NCBI GenBank assembly: GCA_946222005.1
Contig: CAMIHP010000002.1
Span: forward strand, 25,322 to 89,321
Direction of reading: 5' to 3'
Length of the DNA: 64,000 nucleotides
From: an uncultured Candidatus Saccharibacteria bacterium
Lineage (GTDB): Bacteria; Patescibacteriota; Saccharimonadia; Saccharimonadales; Saccharimonadaceae
The notes beneath the pieces were generated by a model. It worked only from the letters and a program-made list of their open reading frames with translations. It ran no database searches and was not told the origin of the DNA. Below are positions 8,377-18,573 of this stretch, in pieces (position 1 is the first letter of the stretch; each line of letters begins with the position of its first letter). The translations under genes were made by a program, and so were the position numbers.

Positions 8377-8949
8377 ATGGCAATCAGTCAGGCGAAACTA
8401 ATTCAGGCAGCGCGGCGAGTCTTTGCCCAGGACGGCTACAAGGCGGCATCGATTGTGGAGATTGCTCAGGTGGCGGGCATTGCGGTGGGTGGTGTGTATT
8501 TGCTCTATCCGTCTAAGCTGGAGCTCTTCCTTGCGGTGTATCGTGCGGAGGACGAAAAGACGAAGAACCGGATTGTTGGACGAATCGATTGGTCGCAGCC
8601 GCGGGCGGCTTTTGCAGCCTATCTACGTGCCACGACGCAAGCCATGCGGCGTAATAAAATCCTCGCCGAGTGGCAGAGTGATGTGCCTGGCGAGCAGGTG
8701 CGTCAAGCTTACCATGATGATGCGAAGCAAGTAGGAGCGGGCAATAGTCTGGCACTGCGTGGTGAGTTCTTTGCCGAGCAGGTGCAGCAGTGGCGGCGCG
8801 ATGGCGTACTACGGCCAGGCGCGACCGACCAGATAATCAGCGAGCTCTTTACGGCAGTGGCAGCGATTGACGCACGAGAAGATATTGCACCAAAGACGAT
8901 GCGGTTTATGGTTGATGCGGTGCTTGAGCAGCTGTTTGTGAGTGAGTAG
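8377..8949 (+). CDS. TetR/AcrR family transcriptional regulator.
   Basis: N-terminal HTH 'LIQAARRVFAQDGYKAASIVEIAQVAGIAVGGVYLLYPSKLELF'. Confidence 0.8.
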   Translation: MAISQAKLIQAARRVFAQDGYKAASIVEIAQVAGIAVGGVYLLYPSKLELFLAVYRAEDEKTKNRIVGRIDWSQPRAAFAAYLRATTQAMRRNKILAEWQSDVPGEQVRQAYHDDAKQVGAGNSLALRGEFFAEQVQQWRRDGVLRPGATDQIISELFTAVAAIDAREDIAPKTMRFMVDAVLEQLFVSE

Positions 8950-9054
8950 CTGCTGCGATACGCCACTATGACTTCATATGCGACGCAGAACGCGGGAGCG
9001 AAGTTGGCGTAGTATTTGCAATTATGACTGCTTCATCGTATACTTATCACTAGT

Positions 9055-9969
9055 ATGTTGCAATATCTTCGTTCGAGTGAGGCAGATCAGACGATTACGC
9101 CGCGTGATACGCTGCGGGTTGGGTCGTGGCTGCGCTGTGAGAAGCCCAGCAGTGAGGAGATCGATACGCTCCTGGCGCTTGGTATGGACGAGAACATCAT
9201 CAAAGATGCGCTGGACCCGCACGAGGTACCGCGGGTTGAGTTTGAGGATGAGTGGACGTATTTGATTGCTCGCTTGCCTGATACGGACGATGATTTTAAT
9301 GACTTTACGACGCCGATATTATTTGGCATTCATAAAAACTACGTGGTGACACTCTCACGCGATAGCCTGGGCCGGCTCTGGCAGCCTTTTGTTGACAAGA
9401 CGCGGATGAATACGGCACGGCGGATTGAGCTCGTGGTGGCAATGATCGAGGCAGTATCGCTGCAGTACCAGCGGCGAGTGGCAACGATCAACCGGCAGAT
9501 GCGAGCAGCAACAGATGACCTCCATACACTGCGGGCGCGCGATATCGTGACGCTGACCGAGTATGAACGCAAGCTCAACGACTATCTCAACGCACTAGTG
9601 CCAATGAACTGGGCAATTGAGCGCTTGATGGCAAACCGCAGTCTCCGCCTCAAGGAGGATGATAAGGATGATGTGGAGGATATCTCGATTGATTTGGAGC
9701 AGGTGATTGCCCGTTGTAAGTCGCTTCTGCGTACCATCACTAATGTGCGTGATAGCTACCGCGCCGTGATGGACACGCGCTTGAACGAGACAATCCGCTT
9801 ACTAACAGTGATCACGGTAGCTCTGACTATCCCGACGATGATCGCTGGGCTTTATGGTATGAATGTGCCTGTGCCAGGGGCGGATGACCCGACGATGTTT
9901 TGGAAGATTACCACCGTGAGTGTGATAGCTGCCATGGCAACCGGGTATTATTTCTTGCGTCGGCGGTAG
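9055..9969 (+). CDS. corA: CorA-family divalent cation (Mg2+/Co2+/Zn2+) transporter.
   Basis: Two C-terminal TM helices with the 'YGMN' signature ('GLYGMNVPVPG') and the typical large N-terminal cytoplasmic domain. Confidence 0.75.
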   Translation: MLQYLRSSEADQTITPRDTLRVGSWLRCEKPSSEEIDTLLALGMDENIIKDALDPHEVPRVEFEDEWTYLIARLPDTDDDFNDFTTPILFGIHKNYVVTLSRDSLGRLWQPFVDKTRMNTARRIELVVAMIEAVSLQYQRRVATINRQMRAATDDLHTLRARDIVTLTEYERKLNDYLNALVPMNWAIERLMANRSLRLKEDDKDDVEDISIDLEQVIARCKSLLRTITNVRDSYRAVMDTRLNETIRLLTVITVALTIPTMIAGLYGMNVPVPGADDPTMFWKITTVSVIAAMATGYYFLRRR

Positions 9970-9972
9970 GGG

Positions 9973-10683
9973 TTATTGCACCCCACCTGCCTTGAGTAAT
10001 GTCTTTAGCCCGTGCTCGCCGCCACCAAAGCCGCTGGTGGTGTAGTCGTTGACGATCATGTAGGGCAGGCCAGTGACGCCGAGCTTGAGAGCGCGGCTGG
10101 TGTTTGTGGCGATGTCATCTTTGTGCTTCTCATTTGTCACACAGTCGCGGAAGATCTCGACGTTGAGCCCAATCGCTTCGGCTGATGTTTCGAAATAGCT
10201 AACCGGGAGGAGCGGAATTTCTTTGGGCACGGCAACGCCTTTGACGCCAATGCCTTTGTCAAAGTAGTCAGCTTTGATGCGGGGCACAATATGGTGCGTG
10301 TATTCCCAATATTTATGCTGGTCGGCTGCGCAAAATGCTGCCTCGGCGCCACGTTCAGTGTTAGGCACGATATCTTTGAGAACGGCAACAATCCGGTGTT
10401 CGTAGCGTAGCTTGCCAGACTTAATGTGCTGCTGGAAGTCTGCGGTGTTTGTAGCGGCCTCAACCTGCGCACAAAATGAGCAGAAGTAGTCGGTGTAGTC
10501 GACGAAGACATTGGGTGCAGTGTGGCTGCCCTGCGACATCGCGCTCTGCCAGGGCTCACCTTTGCCAATGTGCTTGTTGGGTGGGCGGTTGATGAGATTG
10601 TAGGCGAAGAGGCTGATGATTGTGATGACGACAATCCCAAGCATGATATGGATCAAGCTAACCCCTGTTTGTTTTGACTGCAT
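9973..10683 (-). CDS. DsbA-like thioredoxin-fold thiol:disulfide oxidoreductase, membrane-anchored.
   Basis: N-terminal TM. CxxC active site 'DYFCSFCAQ' in a DsbA-like context. Confidence 0.75.
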   Translation of the reverse strand: MQSKQTGVSLIHIMLGIVVITIISLFAYNLINRPPNKHIGKGEPWQSAMSQGSHTAPNVFVDYTDYFCSFCAQVEAATNTADFQQHIKSGKLRYEHRIVAVLKDIVPNTERGAEAAFCAADQHKYWEYTHHIVPRIKADYFDKGIGVKGVAVPKEIPLLPVSYFETSAEAIGLNVEIFRDCVTNEKHKDDIATNTSRALKLGVTGLPYMIVNDYTTSGFGGGEHGLKTLLKAGGVQ

Positions 10684-11281
10684 GATGCTCCTCCTGCTGA
10701 GCTAATGTTATGTAGATGGCGGCAATCTGGCCCGATCGATAGAGCGAAAAGAGGCTGAGCCCAAGGGCGATGATAAGCACAATGGTGCTGGCAACCGTCG
10801 CGGCCGAAGCGGCGGCTGCTCCCGAGAAAAACACTGCCACGATGGGGAGAATGAGTGATGTACCACAGGGTACGCAGCCCAGGCCAATTGCCGCCGCGAC
10901 GGAGGCAATACCGCTGAGGCCGAGCTGCTGGGTGGTTTGCTGGTTGCGCTTGTTGTGCCGGGCAGTGAAGATAATAAGCGTGAGCGATATTCCTTGTAGC
11001 ATTGAGACAAGCACAAGCAGTGCACCCGTCAGCGATGTCGCGGCCTGCCGAGCGATCTCTATAAACATCGTCCCAATGACGCTAAGTTTATCGATAAGCG
11101 GCAAGCGAGATACCAGCAGCGCGCCATAGAAACCACCGTTGGTTAAGAGAAAAATCAGCCAGGCAAAGCCAAGTGCGCCAACCAGAGCGCCAACCGCATA
11201 GCGTGGTTGGCGCAGCACCTGACTAATGCCGCTCAGGGCGGTAAGCGTGGCGTGATGTAGCGAAGAAAGGTGATGTTTCAT
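10658..11281 (-). CDS. Polytopic membrane protein with an intramembrane CxxC ('GLGCVPCGTS'). A possible redox partner of the adjacent DsbA-like protein.
   Basis: Five to six hydrophobic helices. A single CVPC pair. The 3' end overlaps the DsbA-like gene's start by 26 bp (translational coupling). Not a canonical VKOR or DsbB: it has only two Cys and no TYA motif. Confidence 0.45.
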   Translation of the reverse strand: MKHHLSSLHHATLTALSGISQVLRQPRYAVGALVGALGFAWLIFLLTNGGFYGALLVSRLPLIDKLSVIGTMFIEIARQAATSLTGALLVLVSMLQGISLTLIIFTARHNKRNQQTTQQLGLSGIASVAAAIGLGCVPCGTSLILPIVAVFFSGAAAASAATVASTIVLIIALGLSLFSLYRSGQIAAIYITLAQQEEHHAVKTNRG

Positions 11282-11338
11282 CAGTGTCTCTATTATACCA
11301 CTGAGTGCTGTAAACCTCTGTGTTCACCCCATTGATGG

Positions 11339-11971
11339 TTACTCTATGACGCCGTAGCCAAGCAGGCCAGTATAGTTGCGCTGTTGGTTCGCAAAGACAC
11401 GTATCTTGTTATTCTCGTTGCCGCCAACAGTGGTGAGTATGCCATCATCATTGCGCAGGATGATGTGCGTGTGGTCGCCAAAGACGGGCGAAGCGCGGTA
11501 GATTGCTACGTCGCCAGGGCGGGGCTGGTAGCCACTATCGGCTGGCTTGAAGCGGCCTGCTGACTCGTAATACTCACGCAGCGTGAAGGTGCCTGGGATG
11601 CGCCAGCTACCAGTGTGTGGGTTCTTGAGCGGCGCACCGGCTTGCTGCATCGTCCAGCTGACGAAGTCGGCACACCATGCCTCGTGCGCTCCTTGGCTAT
11701 ATTTCGTACCAGCGGGCTGAGCGGCAAACTCTGCTTGGGTAAGCTGGATAACCTTGCGGCGAGTAGGGCTGAGGGCTTGCGTGTTGATCTCAGGAAAATG
11801 GGCTAGTCCTGGCGAACGATCGAGCGTAGCCACATGCGACGTGCCCTGGAGCTTGTAGAGGATCTTACGCCAGCCAATCGCTGTGCCAACAATGCCGCCA
11901 ATAACGAGAAGGAGGGCAAGGCAGATGGTGATAATGGTTGCTCGGTGGCTGAGAGGGAATAATCGTTTCAT
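11339..11971 (-). CDS. CHAP-domain peptidoglycan amidase/endopeptidase, N-terminally membrane-anchored.
   Basis: CHAP Cys/His regions 'AHEAWCADFVSW' and 'GDHTHIIL'. Likely start at the internal Met 'MKRLFPL' rather than the longest ORF (12157). Confidence 0.65.
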   Translation of the reverse strand: MKRLFPLSHRATIITICLALLLVIGGIVGTAIGWRKILYKLQGTSHVATLDRSPGLAHFPEINTQALSPTRRKVIQLTQAEFAAQPAGTKYSQGAHEAWCADFVSWTMQQAGAPLKNPHTGSWRIPGTFTLREYYESAGRFKPADSGYQPRPGDVAIYRASPVFGDHTHIILRNDDGILTTVGGNENNKIRVFANQQRNYTGLLGYGVIE

Positions 11972-12050
11972 ACGTATAGTATACACCGCGTGGTGATGAG
12001 ATGCTTGTTGGGTAGTTGCCGTTCGGGCTGTGAGTGAGGATTTATTTTGT

Positions 12051-12290
12051 TTAATAGCCGCACACCATAGCAGCGAAATTGCCGAGTGCCTTGCCGACAT
12101 CTCTCCACCGACGACACCGAAACAGGTCGTGTGCGGTAATGAGCAGTGCTGCACCAATGATAATAAGCAACGCAGCTAAGGTGTACCCTGCGAGAGATGA
12201 CTGACCGATGAATAGCTGCAGCGCATAATAGCTAGCCGTGAATGCGAAGCCAAAGATGATGAGACTGAGGAGTTTGAAGAGGTAATGCAT
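12051..12290 (-). CDS. Small two-TM membrane protein (hypothetical).
   Basis: 79-aa ORF with two hydrophobic helices. Weak evidence. Confidence 0.3.
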   Translation of the reverse strand: MHYLFKLLSLIIFGFAFTASYYALQLFIGQSSLAGYTLAALLIIIGAALLITAHDLFRCRRWRDVGKALGNFAAMVCGY

Positions 12291-12511
12291 GATGGCTTCC
12301 TTTGATAATGCGAGATAACGGTAGTACCTATCGTAGAAGGTGGTTGTGTTACTGTCAAGGTTATATATTGTTCATCTTTCGCTTTCCTTTTCTCTATGCT
12401 ATAATTCGGCCCAACGGATGGTTGGTTGGCTTATAACAATATAATGCCCTGGGAGTGATTCAAGCAGAGGCCCGTTTGGGTGTGGGGCTCGTAGCATAAG
12501 AAAGGAGTTGT

Positions 12512-13276
12512 ATGACTCAGACCAAACCAATCATAACGGTGGATGGCTTGACTAAAGCCTATGCCGGCACGCCAGTGGTGGATGGGATATCCTTCACAGT
12601 TAAGACGGGTGAGATTTTTGGCTTGCTGGGGCCCAACGGCGCTGGTAAGACCACGACGCTCGAGATGCTGGAGGCGCTGCGGCCGATTGACGCTGGCCGG
12701 GCCACCATTGACGGCATTGATGTCGCCAAGCAGCCCAAGCAGATTAAGCAGATCATTGGCATTCAGCTGCAGTCGACCACCTTTTACGATAAGCTGACCC
12801 TGCGTGAGCAGCTGCGTATGTTTGCCAGCCTCTACGGCCAGCGCGTTGATGCTGATGCTTTGCTGGCCAAGGTGCAGCTCAGTGCCAAGGCCGGCAGCTA
12901 TGTCGAGCAGCTCAGCGGTGGGCAAAAGCAGCGCTTTGCGATTGCCGCCACGCTGGTGAACCAGCCCAAGGTACTCTTTTTGGATGAGCCGACTACAGGT
13001 CTGGACCCGCAAGCGCGGCGCAATCTGTGGGAGCTGATCAAAACCATTCGCGATGAAGGCATTACCATTGTGCTGACCACCCACTATATGGATGAGGCCG
13101 AGCTGCTGTGCGACCGCCTGGCGATTATGGATGCGGGCAAAATCATCACCATCGATACGCCGCAGCATCTTATCGAGCAGTTGCTGGCCCGCGGCTTTAC
13201 CAAGCAGCAAACGGTCGAGCCCGCCAACCTCGAGGATGTATTTATTGATTTAACCGGCAAGGCCATTCGGGAGTAG
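12512..13276 (+). CDS. ABC transporter ATP-binding protein (ABC-2/drug-exporter type).
   Basis: Walker A 'GPNGAGKTT', signature 'LSGGQKQR', Walker B 'LFLDEPTTGLD'. Confidence 0.9.
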   Translation: MTQTKPIITVDGLTKAYAGTPVVDGISFTVKTGEIFGLLGPNGAGKTTTLEMLEALRPIDAGRATIDGIDVAKQPKQIKQIIGIQLQSTTFYDKLTLREQLRMFASLYGQRVDADALLAKVQLSAKAGSYVEQLSGGQKQRFAIAATLVNQPKVLFLDEPTTGLDPQARRNLWELIKTIRDEGITIVLTTHYMDEAELLCDRLAIMDAGKIITIDTPQHLIEQLLARGFTKQQTVEPANLEDVFIDLTGKAIRE

Positions 13277-14443
13277 ATGATGCGAGTCAAATCATATTGG
13301 ATTGGCGTATATGGGCAGGTGCGCGCCCTACAAAAGCGCTTTATGCGTGATGGCACGTCGCTGTTTTTTACCTTTTTGTTCCCGCTGATATTCCTGCTGG
13401 TGTTTGGTGCGATTTTTAATAACCAAACCACCAGCTTTGATGTGGCGATTATTAACCACTCGAAGAGCGAATTTGCCAAGCAGTTTGTGGAGCAAGCCAA
13501 GGCAAACAAAGATACGACGCTCAAAGTGAAGGACGTCAAGGATATGCAGGAAGCGCGCGAGAAGCTAAAGCACTCGGAGCTCAGTGGCATCATCGAGCTA
13601 CCAGCCGACTTTGGCACCGTGACACTGGCCCAACCTGGCGCCCCTCAGCCCGGGCAGGGCAGTGCCGCTGGCCAAACCCAAGCACGTCCGAGCGGTACTT
13701 TGCGTGTGCTCTACGCCAAGGGCTCGGAGCAGTCTGGCAACACGCTAACGGCTATTATGGGGCAGATTATTGATGGTATTAATAAGGGTATGGGCCAGCC
13801 CGAGCCGCCGCTAAAGGTTGCGGGCCAGGCTGTGGGCGATGAGCAGCTCAAGACCTTCGACTATACCTTTACTGGCCTGCTGGCCTTTAGTTTGCTAAGC
13901 ATGGGGATCTTTGGCCTGGCTAACCAGATGCCGACGGAGAAGCAAAAGGGTTCCTACCGGCGCCTGCGAGCGTCGCCCTTTACGGCCGGGCAGCTGATCC
14001 TGGCGATGGGCATCCACTACACGATTGTCTCGCTGCTGAGTGCCGCTATGATGCTAGTGGTGGGGATGAGTGTCTTCCACTTCAACATGCGTGGTGACTG
14101 GCTACTGGCCGTGTCGTTTCTGACTCTGGCCGCGCTGCTGATGGTGGGTTTTGGCCTGCTGATTGGCGGCTGGGCCAAGAATGAGAACCAGTCGGCGCCG
14201 CTGGGCAACCTGGTGGCCTTCCCGATGATGTTCCTTTCTGGCACCTTCTTCCCATCCTTTATGTTCCCGGAGTGGCTGCGCACGCTGAGCCAGTTCATCC
14301 CCATGACACCTGTGACCGATGGCCTGCGCCTAATTATGACCGAGCACGCCAGCCTAGGGGAGGTACTGCCGTACGCCGGCGCCATTAGCCTATGGATGCT
14401 GGTGGTGTACGTAGCAGCGATCAAGCTGTTCCGGTGGGAGTAG
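13277..14443 (+). CDS. ABC-2 family transporter permease.
   Basis: Starts 1 nt after the ATPase stop. N-terminal TM, large extracytoplasmic loop, and a C-terminal six-helix ABC-2 core. Confidence 0.8.
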   Translation: MMRVKSYWIGVYGQVRALQKRFMRDGTSLFFTFLFPLIFLLVFGAIFNNQTTSFDVAIINHSKSEFAKQFVEQAKANKDTTLKVKDVKDMQEAREKLKHSELSGIIELPADFGTVTLAQPGAPQPGQGSAAGQTQARPSGTLRVLYAKGSEQSGNTLTAIMGQIIDGINKGMGQPEPPLKVAGQAVGDEQLKTFDYTFTGLLAFSLLSMGIFGLANQMPTEKQKGSYRRLRASPFTAGQLILAMGIHYTIVSLLSAAMMLVVGMSVFHFNMRGDWLLAVSFLTLAALLMVGFGLLIGGWAKNENQSAPLGNLVAFPMMFLSGTFFPSFMFPEWLRTLSQFIPMTPVTDGLRLIMTEHASLGEVLPYAGAISLWMLVVYVAAIKLFRWE

Positions 14444-14495
14444 CGAAGTAGCTAATGGAGGAGGTAAGAACTGTAAACAAAGGAAGGGGTGTCTT

Positions 14496-15035
14496 ATGGG
14501 TAGTCATACTTCAGGTAGTGTACCAAATACTGGCGTAGCTGATTTTCGTGCCTACCCAGCAGACCAGGCGATTGATATTATTCGAACAATTGCTGAGCAT
14601 CGATGGCCCATGACCGTCGAAGAGGCTTTCTCACTGCGAGACCAGTTCGGCTGGACACCCGCTCCTGACGATGGAAGATTTTTCGTTACCCCCATCAGCA
14701 ATGGAGAAGAAGACGGAACAATAAGCATCGACCGAGAGAACAGAGTTTATATATCAGGAATCGACTTCAACCTAACTTCCCAACTCCCTAAAAACGCAGA
14801 TCCTGACATTCAGTCAGAAATGCGGTCAGTATATTCGAGGTATGTCGAAGCTCTCACCAGGCAATACGGCACAGGCGAAGCCAGATCCAGCAGTGACGTA
14901 GACGGTGTTTTGTGGCACCTACCATCACGCGCGAGCGTCGACATCGGGGTCACTCATCGATCTATTTCTGTTGCTATTGAATCGCCAGCGATGACTGATC
15001 TTACTGAAGCTGAAGAGAAATATTTCGCTCAGTAA
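14496..15035 (+). CDS. Hypothetical protein in a reduced-GC segment.
   Basis: ORF of 179 aa, about 47% GC against about 57% in the flanking sequence. No motif recognised. Confidence 0.35.
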   Translation: MGSHTSGSVPNTGVADFRAYPADQAIDIIRTIAEHRWPMTVEEAFSLRDQFGWTPAPDDGRFFVTPISNGEEDGTISIDRENRVYISGIDFNLTSQLPKNADPDIQSEMRSVYSRYVEALTRQYGTGEARSSSDVDGVLWHLPSRASVDIGVTHRSISVAIESPAMTDLTEAEEKYFAQ

Positions 15036-15101
15036 ACAACCCCAAACTGCATAACATCGAGAGCGTCGAGCACTGCCTGCGGGATAATCATTCTCTACTG
15101 T

Positions 15102-16769
15102 CTAATCATCTGCAGGCTTGGTGGTCAAGGTGCGCTGGGGCAAGAAGAGGGAAACAAGGAAGCCTGTGGCCATAAGCGCGGCGCTGATGATGAAAATCTG
15201 GTGCAAGGAGTCGCTAAAGGCATTGAGAATGCGCGTGGTGTAGTCGTCTTGTTGCTGGCTTAGCTGCTGCTGGGCACGCGTGCGAGCTGGAGCAGGGAGG
15301 CGGGCCATGCCTTTGGCTGCACCCTGGCTGATGGTGTCGCGCTGGCTGTTGATACGGAGCAGAGTATCGGCATTGAGCTCGCTGTCGAGTTGCCGAGCGG
15401 CCTGTGGCGTGTGGCGCAGCGTTTGGATATAGGGAATCTGATTGACATCGCCAAGGCTGTGCAAGATACCACTAGTGAGCACGCCCGCAAAGATAGCCGT
15501 CCCCACCGTTGAGCCAAGCCCGCGGAAGAGCTGTACGCTTGAGGTGGCAGCGCCAAGATCCTGCTGGCGGAATTCATTTTGCACGGCGAGAGTAAGGATG
15601 GGCATACACATCCCCATACCAAAGCCAGTGAGTGTCATAATGATCGCCTCGTGCCAGTAGGGTGAGGTGGGCTGAAGCGTGATAAGCGAGAGAATGCTTG
15701 CTGCGGTGATGGCGCAGCCAATGACGATATAGCGCTTGTATACACCTGTCCGGCTGATGATCTGCCCTACACCGATAGAGCTGATCATCATCCCGCCTAC
15801 CATTGGCAGGAGCATTAGGCCAGCTTGCGAGGCAGTCGCACCAAAGACTTGCTGATTAAATTGCGTGAGGTAGAGGATTGCCCCGAGAAAGGCGGCACCA
15901 AAGAGCAGGCTAATGAGCATAATGAGGCGGTAGGTGGGGTTGCGGAAGAAGCGGAGAGGGAGGATGGGCTGGGCGGCTTTGCGCTCAAGCCAGAGGAAGA
16001 TACCACCGGCAAGGGCGGCAATAGCCAGTAACACGCTCTTGATGAGAGTAAGGCTCATGCCACGGTCGATGACGCTCTTAAAGACCATCTCCGTATTGTC
16101 TACTGCCAAGACAAGCGCCGCCAGGGCAATGGTGATGAAAAGAGCGCCAAGGTAGTCTGGCTTGTGCTTGCTGTCGTGCTTGATTTGTGGGCAATAGCGG
16201 ATGATGAGAGCAGTGGCGATGATGCCAATTGGCACATTGATAAAGAACGTCCAGCGCCAGTTGGTTGTGACGCCAAAGATAGTCGCACCATCGGTTAGCC
16301 AGCCACCAAGTAATGGTCCCGCTACCGAGCTCATACCAAAGGTCGCACCGATGAGCCCTTGCCAGCGGCCCCGCTCCTTAGGTGTAAAGAGATCACCGAC
16401 AATAGTAAAGGCGTTGGCGGTGATAATGCCACCACCAATTCCTTGCAGCGCCCGCCACGCAATGAGCCATTCCACGGTTGGTGCGATACCGCTGAGCAAG
16501 GAGCCAATAGTAAAGACCGCTACTCCACTCAGCAAAAGCGGCTTGCGGCCATACATATCACTGAGCTTACCTGCTAGCGGTACCGTTACAGTGGTGGTGA
16601 GCATATAGGCAGTAACGATAAAGCCAAGAGAGGAGAAGCTATTGAATTCCTTGACGATTGCGCCCAGTGCTGTCGCCACGATGGTTTGGTCAAGCGCCAC
16701 AAGGAAGAGGGCGCTCATCACGGCAAGCATGACGATGAGTTTGTGGCGTTGGGGTAGATGATGGAGCAT
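15102..16769 (-). CDS. MFS transporter, DHA2 (EmrB/QacA, 14-TM) drug:H+ antiporter family.
   Basis: 555 aa with about 14 hydrophobic helices. MFS motif A-like 'GKLSDMYGRKP'. Confidence 0.85.
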   Translation of the reverse strand: MLHHLPQRHKLIVMLAVMSALFLVALDQTIVATALGAIVKEFNSFSSLGFIVTAYMLTTTVTVPLAGKLSDMYGRKPLLLSGVAVFTIGSLLSGIAPTVEWLIAWRALQGIGGGIITANAFTIVGDLFTPKERGRWQGLIGATFGMSSVAGPLLGGWLTDGATIFGVTTNWRWTFFINVPIGIIATALIIRYCPQIKHDSKHKPDYLGALFITIALAALVLAVDNTEMVFKSVIDRGMSLTLIKSVLLAIAALAGGIFLWLERKAAQPILPLRFFRNPTYRLIMLISLLFGAAFLGAILYLTQFNQQVFGATASQAGLMLLPMVGGMMISSIGVGQIISRTGVYKRYIVIGCAITAASILSLITLQPTSPYWHEAIIMTLTGFGMGMCMPILTLAVQNEFRQQDLGAATSSVQLFRGLGSTVGTAIFAGVLTSGILHSLGDVNQIPYIQTLRHTPQAARQLDSELNADTLLRINSQRDTISQGAAKGMARLPAPARTRAQQQLSQQQDDYTTRILNAFSDSLHQIFIISAALMATGFLVSLFLPQRTLTTKPADD

Positions 16770-16930
16770 AGAATTCCTTGGTTAGTTACTATAGTTGATA
16801 TTCCGAAATGTAAATAAGGTTCTCGCTCTCGCTAGAGTATATACTCCTCCTATATGACTTTGAGATACGTCAAGTAGAGAACTGTTAACCAAATATGCTA
16901 TGATACGCCGAATAGAACTGTTTGTCAATT

Positions 16931-17398
16931 TTATACCAAGGAGCTTAGGCACTGCACCGGCTGATTGCGAGCGATGAGCTGCGCCAGATCAACCTCGGCA
17001 AGGAAGTGAGGCAAAATTGGGTACTGCTGCGGGCTAATGAAGCCGCATTCGGCGACCTCCGCTAAGCCATGCGTTGTGGCGGCAAGGTCAATTGACTGGT
17101 AGTCTTGCCAGTTAGTGATGTGGAACAAGAACTCAAGCTGTTCGCGTGGCTCGCCAGCTGCTGGCGTGGCGATAGCAAACTGCTGGACGAAGAGCAGCCG
17201 GCCAATCACTGGCTCAACGCCAGTTTCTTCGATCATCTCTCGCCGTAGGCCATCCAGTACGCTCTCTCCCAGTTCCAGCCCACCGCCCGGTGTACACCAA
17301 AAATCTCGGCCATCGCCAGTGCGCGCTGTCAAGCGCTGGCAAAAGAGCTCACCCTTGTCGTTGATGATAATTCCGCGTACGTTGATGTGTCTGTGCAT
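16931..17398 (-). CDS. NUDIX hydrolase.
   Basis: Nudix box 'GGGLELGESVLDGLRREMIEETGV'. Start chosen at 'MHRHINV', which is preceded by GGAGG. Confidence 0.75.
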   Translation of the reverse strand: MHRHINVRGIIINDKGELFCQRLTARTGDGRDFWCTPGGGLELGESVLDGLRREMIEETGVEPVIGRLLFVQQFAIATPAAGEPREQLEFLFHITNWQDYQSIDLAATTHGLAEVAECGFISPQQYPILPHFLAEVDLAQLIARNQPVQCLSSLV

Positions 17399-17497
17399 GG
17401 TGCCTCCGTTATAGAACCGTTGATAATGAATGATAGACAGCCAGTTAGGCAATTATGTCTAGTATAGCAGCAGTGAGATAGGTATTGTAAGAAGCGC

Positions 17498-18463
17498 GTG
17501 GTATTAACAACACAAGCGATAGCACAAAATTGCAGTTTGTTATATAATACTCGTATGGTTAAGCCGCATTACAACCATTGTGAGATACTGACAGCACCCC
17601 AGGATTATCGCCCACTGCCTAATCTATTGGCAGCGGTGCGACATGATGGTAAGTATAATCGGCCTGATTCTCGTTTTTCGTCTGATCCGCTATTGCGGGT
17701 TGCTGATGATTTGTCGTCAATAACACATGCAGTACCCGAAAAAGATCTTGCGCGTGGTGGATCGTCGCGTCATGGAGCATTTGTTGCTCATGTGCGCTAC
17801 ACCGAGCAGAAACGCGATACGCCCGAAACGCTTGTTATTAAACCTTCCACGGTGCCAACAGCTCTTGGTGAGTTAGCTATGACGCAGTACCTAGAGCGTG
17901 AGGGCCTTGCGCCGTTCTCGGTAGACGGGCTCGTAGTTGATGGCGCACCGGAAGGCGCAGCTGCACAGGATCGTAGCCGTGTTGCTTTGCTATTGTCGCG
18001 GTATCAGCCAGAAGTAGTGGGCTTGGATAGTCTTGCGTGGCATGAGATGAGTATGGATGATGTAGCGCTGTATGCCACCGAGGCAGCGACCGCATTGGCT
18101 GCATTACATAGAGTGGCAGTTGCGCATGGCGATGGCTATTTGCGTAATGTTGTGCGTGTCTCGGGTCAGCCAGCTCGTATGATTGATTTTGAACATGCAG
18201 TTAGTTTCTCAGACGTTGTTGATCGAGCTGACGGAGGAGATGAAGCAGCGCAGCGCCATATAGCCGATAGGATGTCGCGTGACCTCTGTGGTATAGTTAC
18301 TGATGTCGCGCAGCAGGTGCAGTTGACACGCGCAGCTGAGCGTAGTAGGTGGCTTGATCCTGCATTGAATGCATACTATGAGCAACTTGCGATGCGGGGA
18401 CATGATCAGCTCGTTATTGCCGCGTCGGCTGTTATGGCGGCAGCGCGTCGTACCGCAAGGTAG
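17498..18463 (+). CDS. Protein-kinase-like fold phosphotransferase. Paralog of 3088..4071.
   Basis: 'LHRVAVAHGDGYLRNVV...MIDFEHA', which is the same HGD..N / D-F-E arrangement as the 3088..4071 protein. The true start may be an internal Met. Confidence 0.5.
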   Translation: MVLTTQAIAQNCSLLYNTRMVKPHYNHCEILTAPQDYRPLPNLLAAVRHDGKYNRPDSRFSSDPLLRVADDLSSITHAVPEKDLARGGSSRHGAFVAHVRYTEQKRDTPETLVIKPSTVPTALGELAMTQYLEREGLAPFSVDGLVVDGAPEGAAAQDRSRVALLLSRYQPEVVGLDSLAWHEMSMDDVALYATEAATALAALHRVAVAHGDGYLRNVVRVSGQPARMIDFEHAVSFSDVVDRADGGDEAAQRHIADRMSRDLCGIVTDVAQQVQLTRAAERSRWLDPALNAYYEQLAMRGHDQLVIAASAVMAAARRTAR

Positions 18464-18573
18464 CCTACGCGGCCACCTCTCTTGATTTTCCCATTAGCAC
18501 TCGCTATACTAGAGTGCTAGAAGTGCCTTGATTGATACGGGGCGCGGTGATAAGTATAAGAAAGGGGTAACCA

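Noticed and set aside
10137-10640. 167-aa minus-strand ORF rich in Ser/Thr/Ala, overlapping the DsbA-like gene in another frame
   Set aside because: It lies entirely inside a well-supported CDS. Its low-complexity, high-GC antisense-frame composition is typical of spurious ORFs.
11972-12157. N-terminal 62-aa extension of the CHAP-domain ORF
   Set aside because: The extension overlaps the small membrane-protein ORF, and the internal Met begins a typical signal-anchor. The longer ORF is likely an artefact of an open frame.
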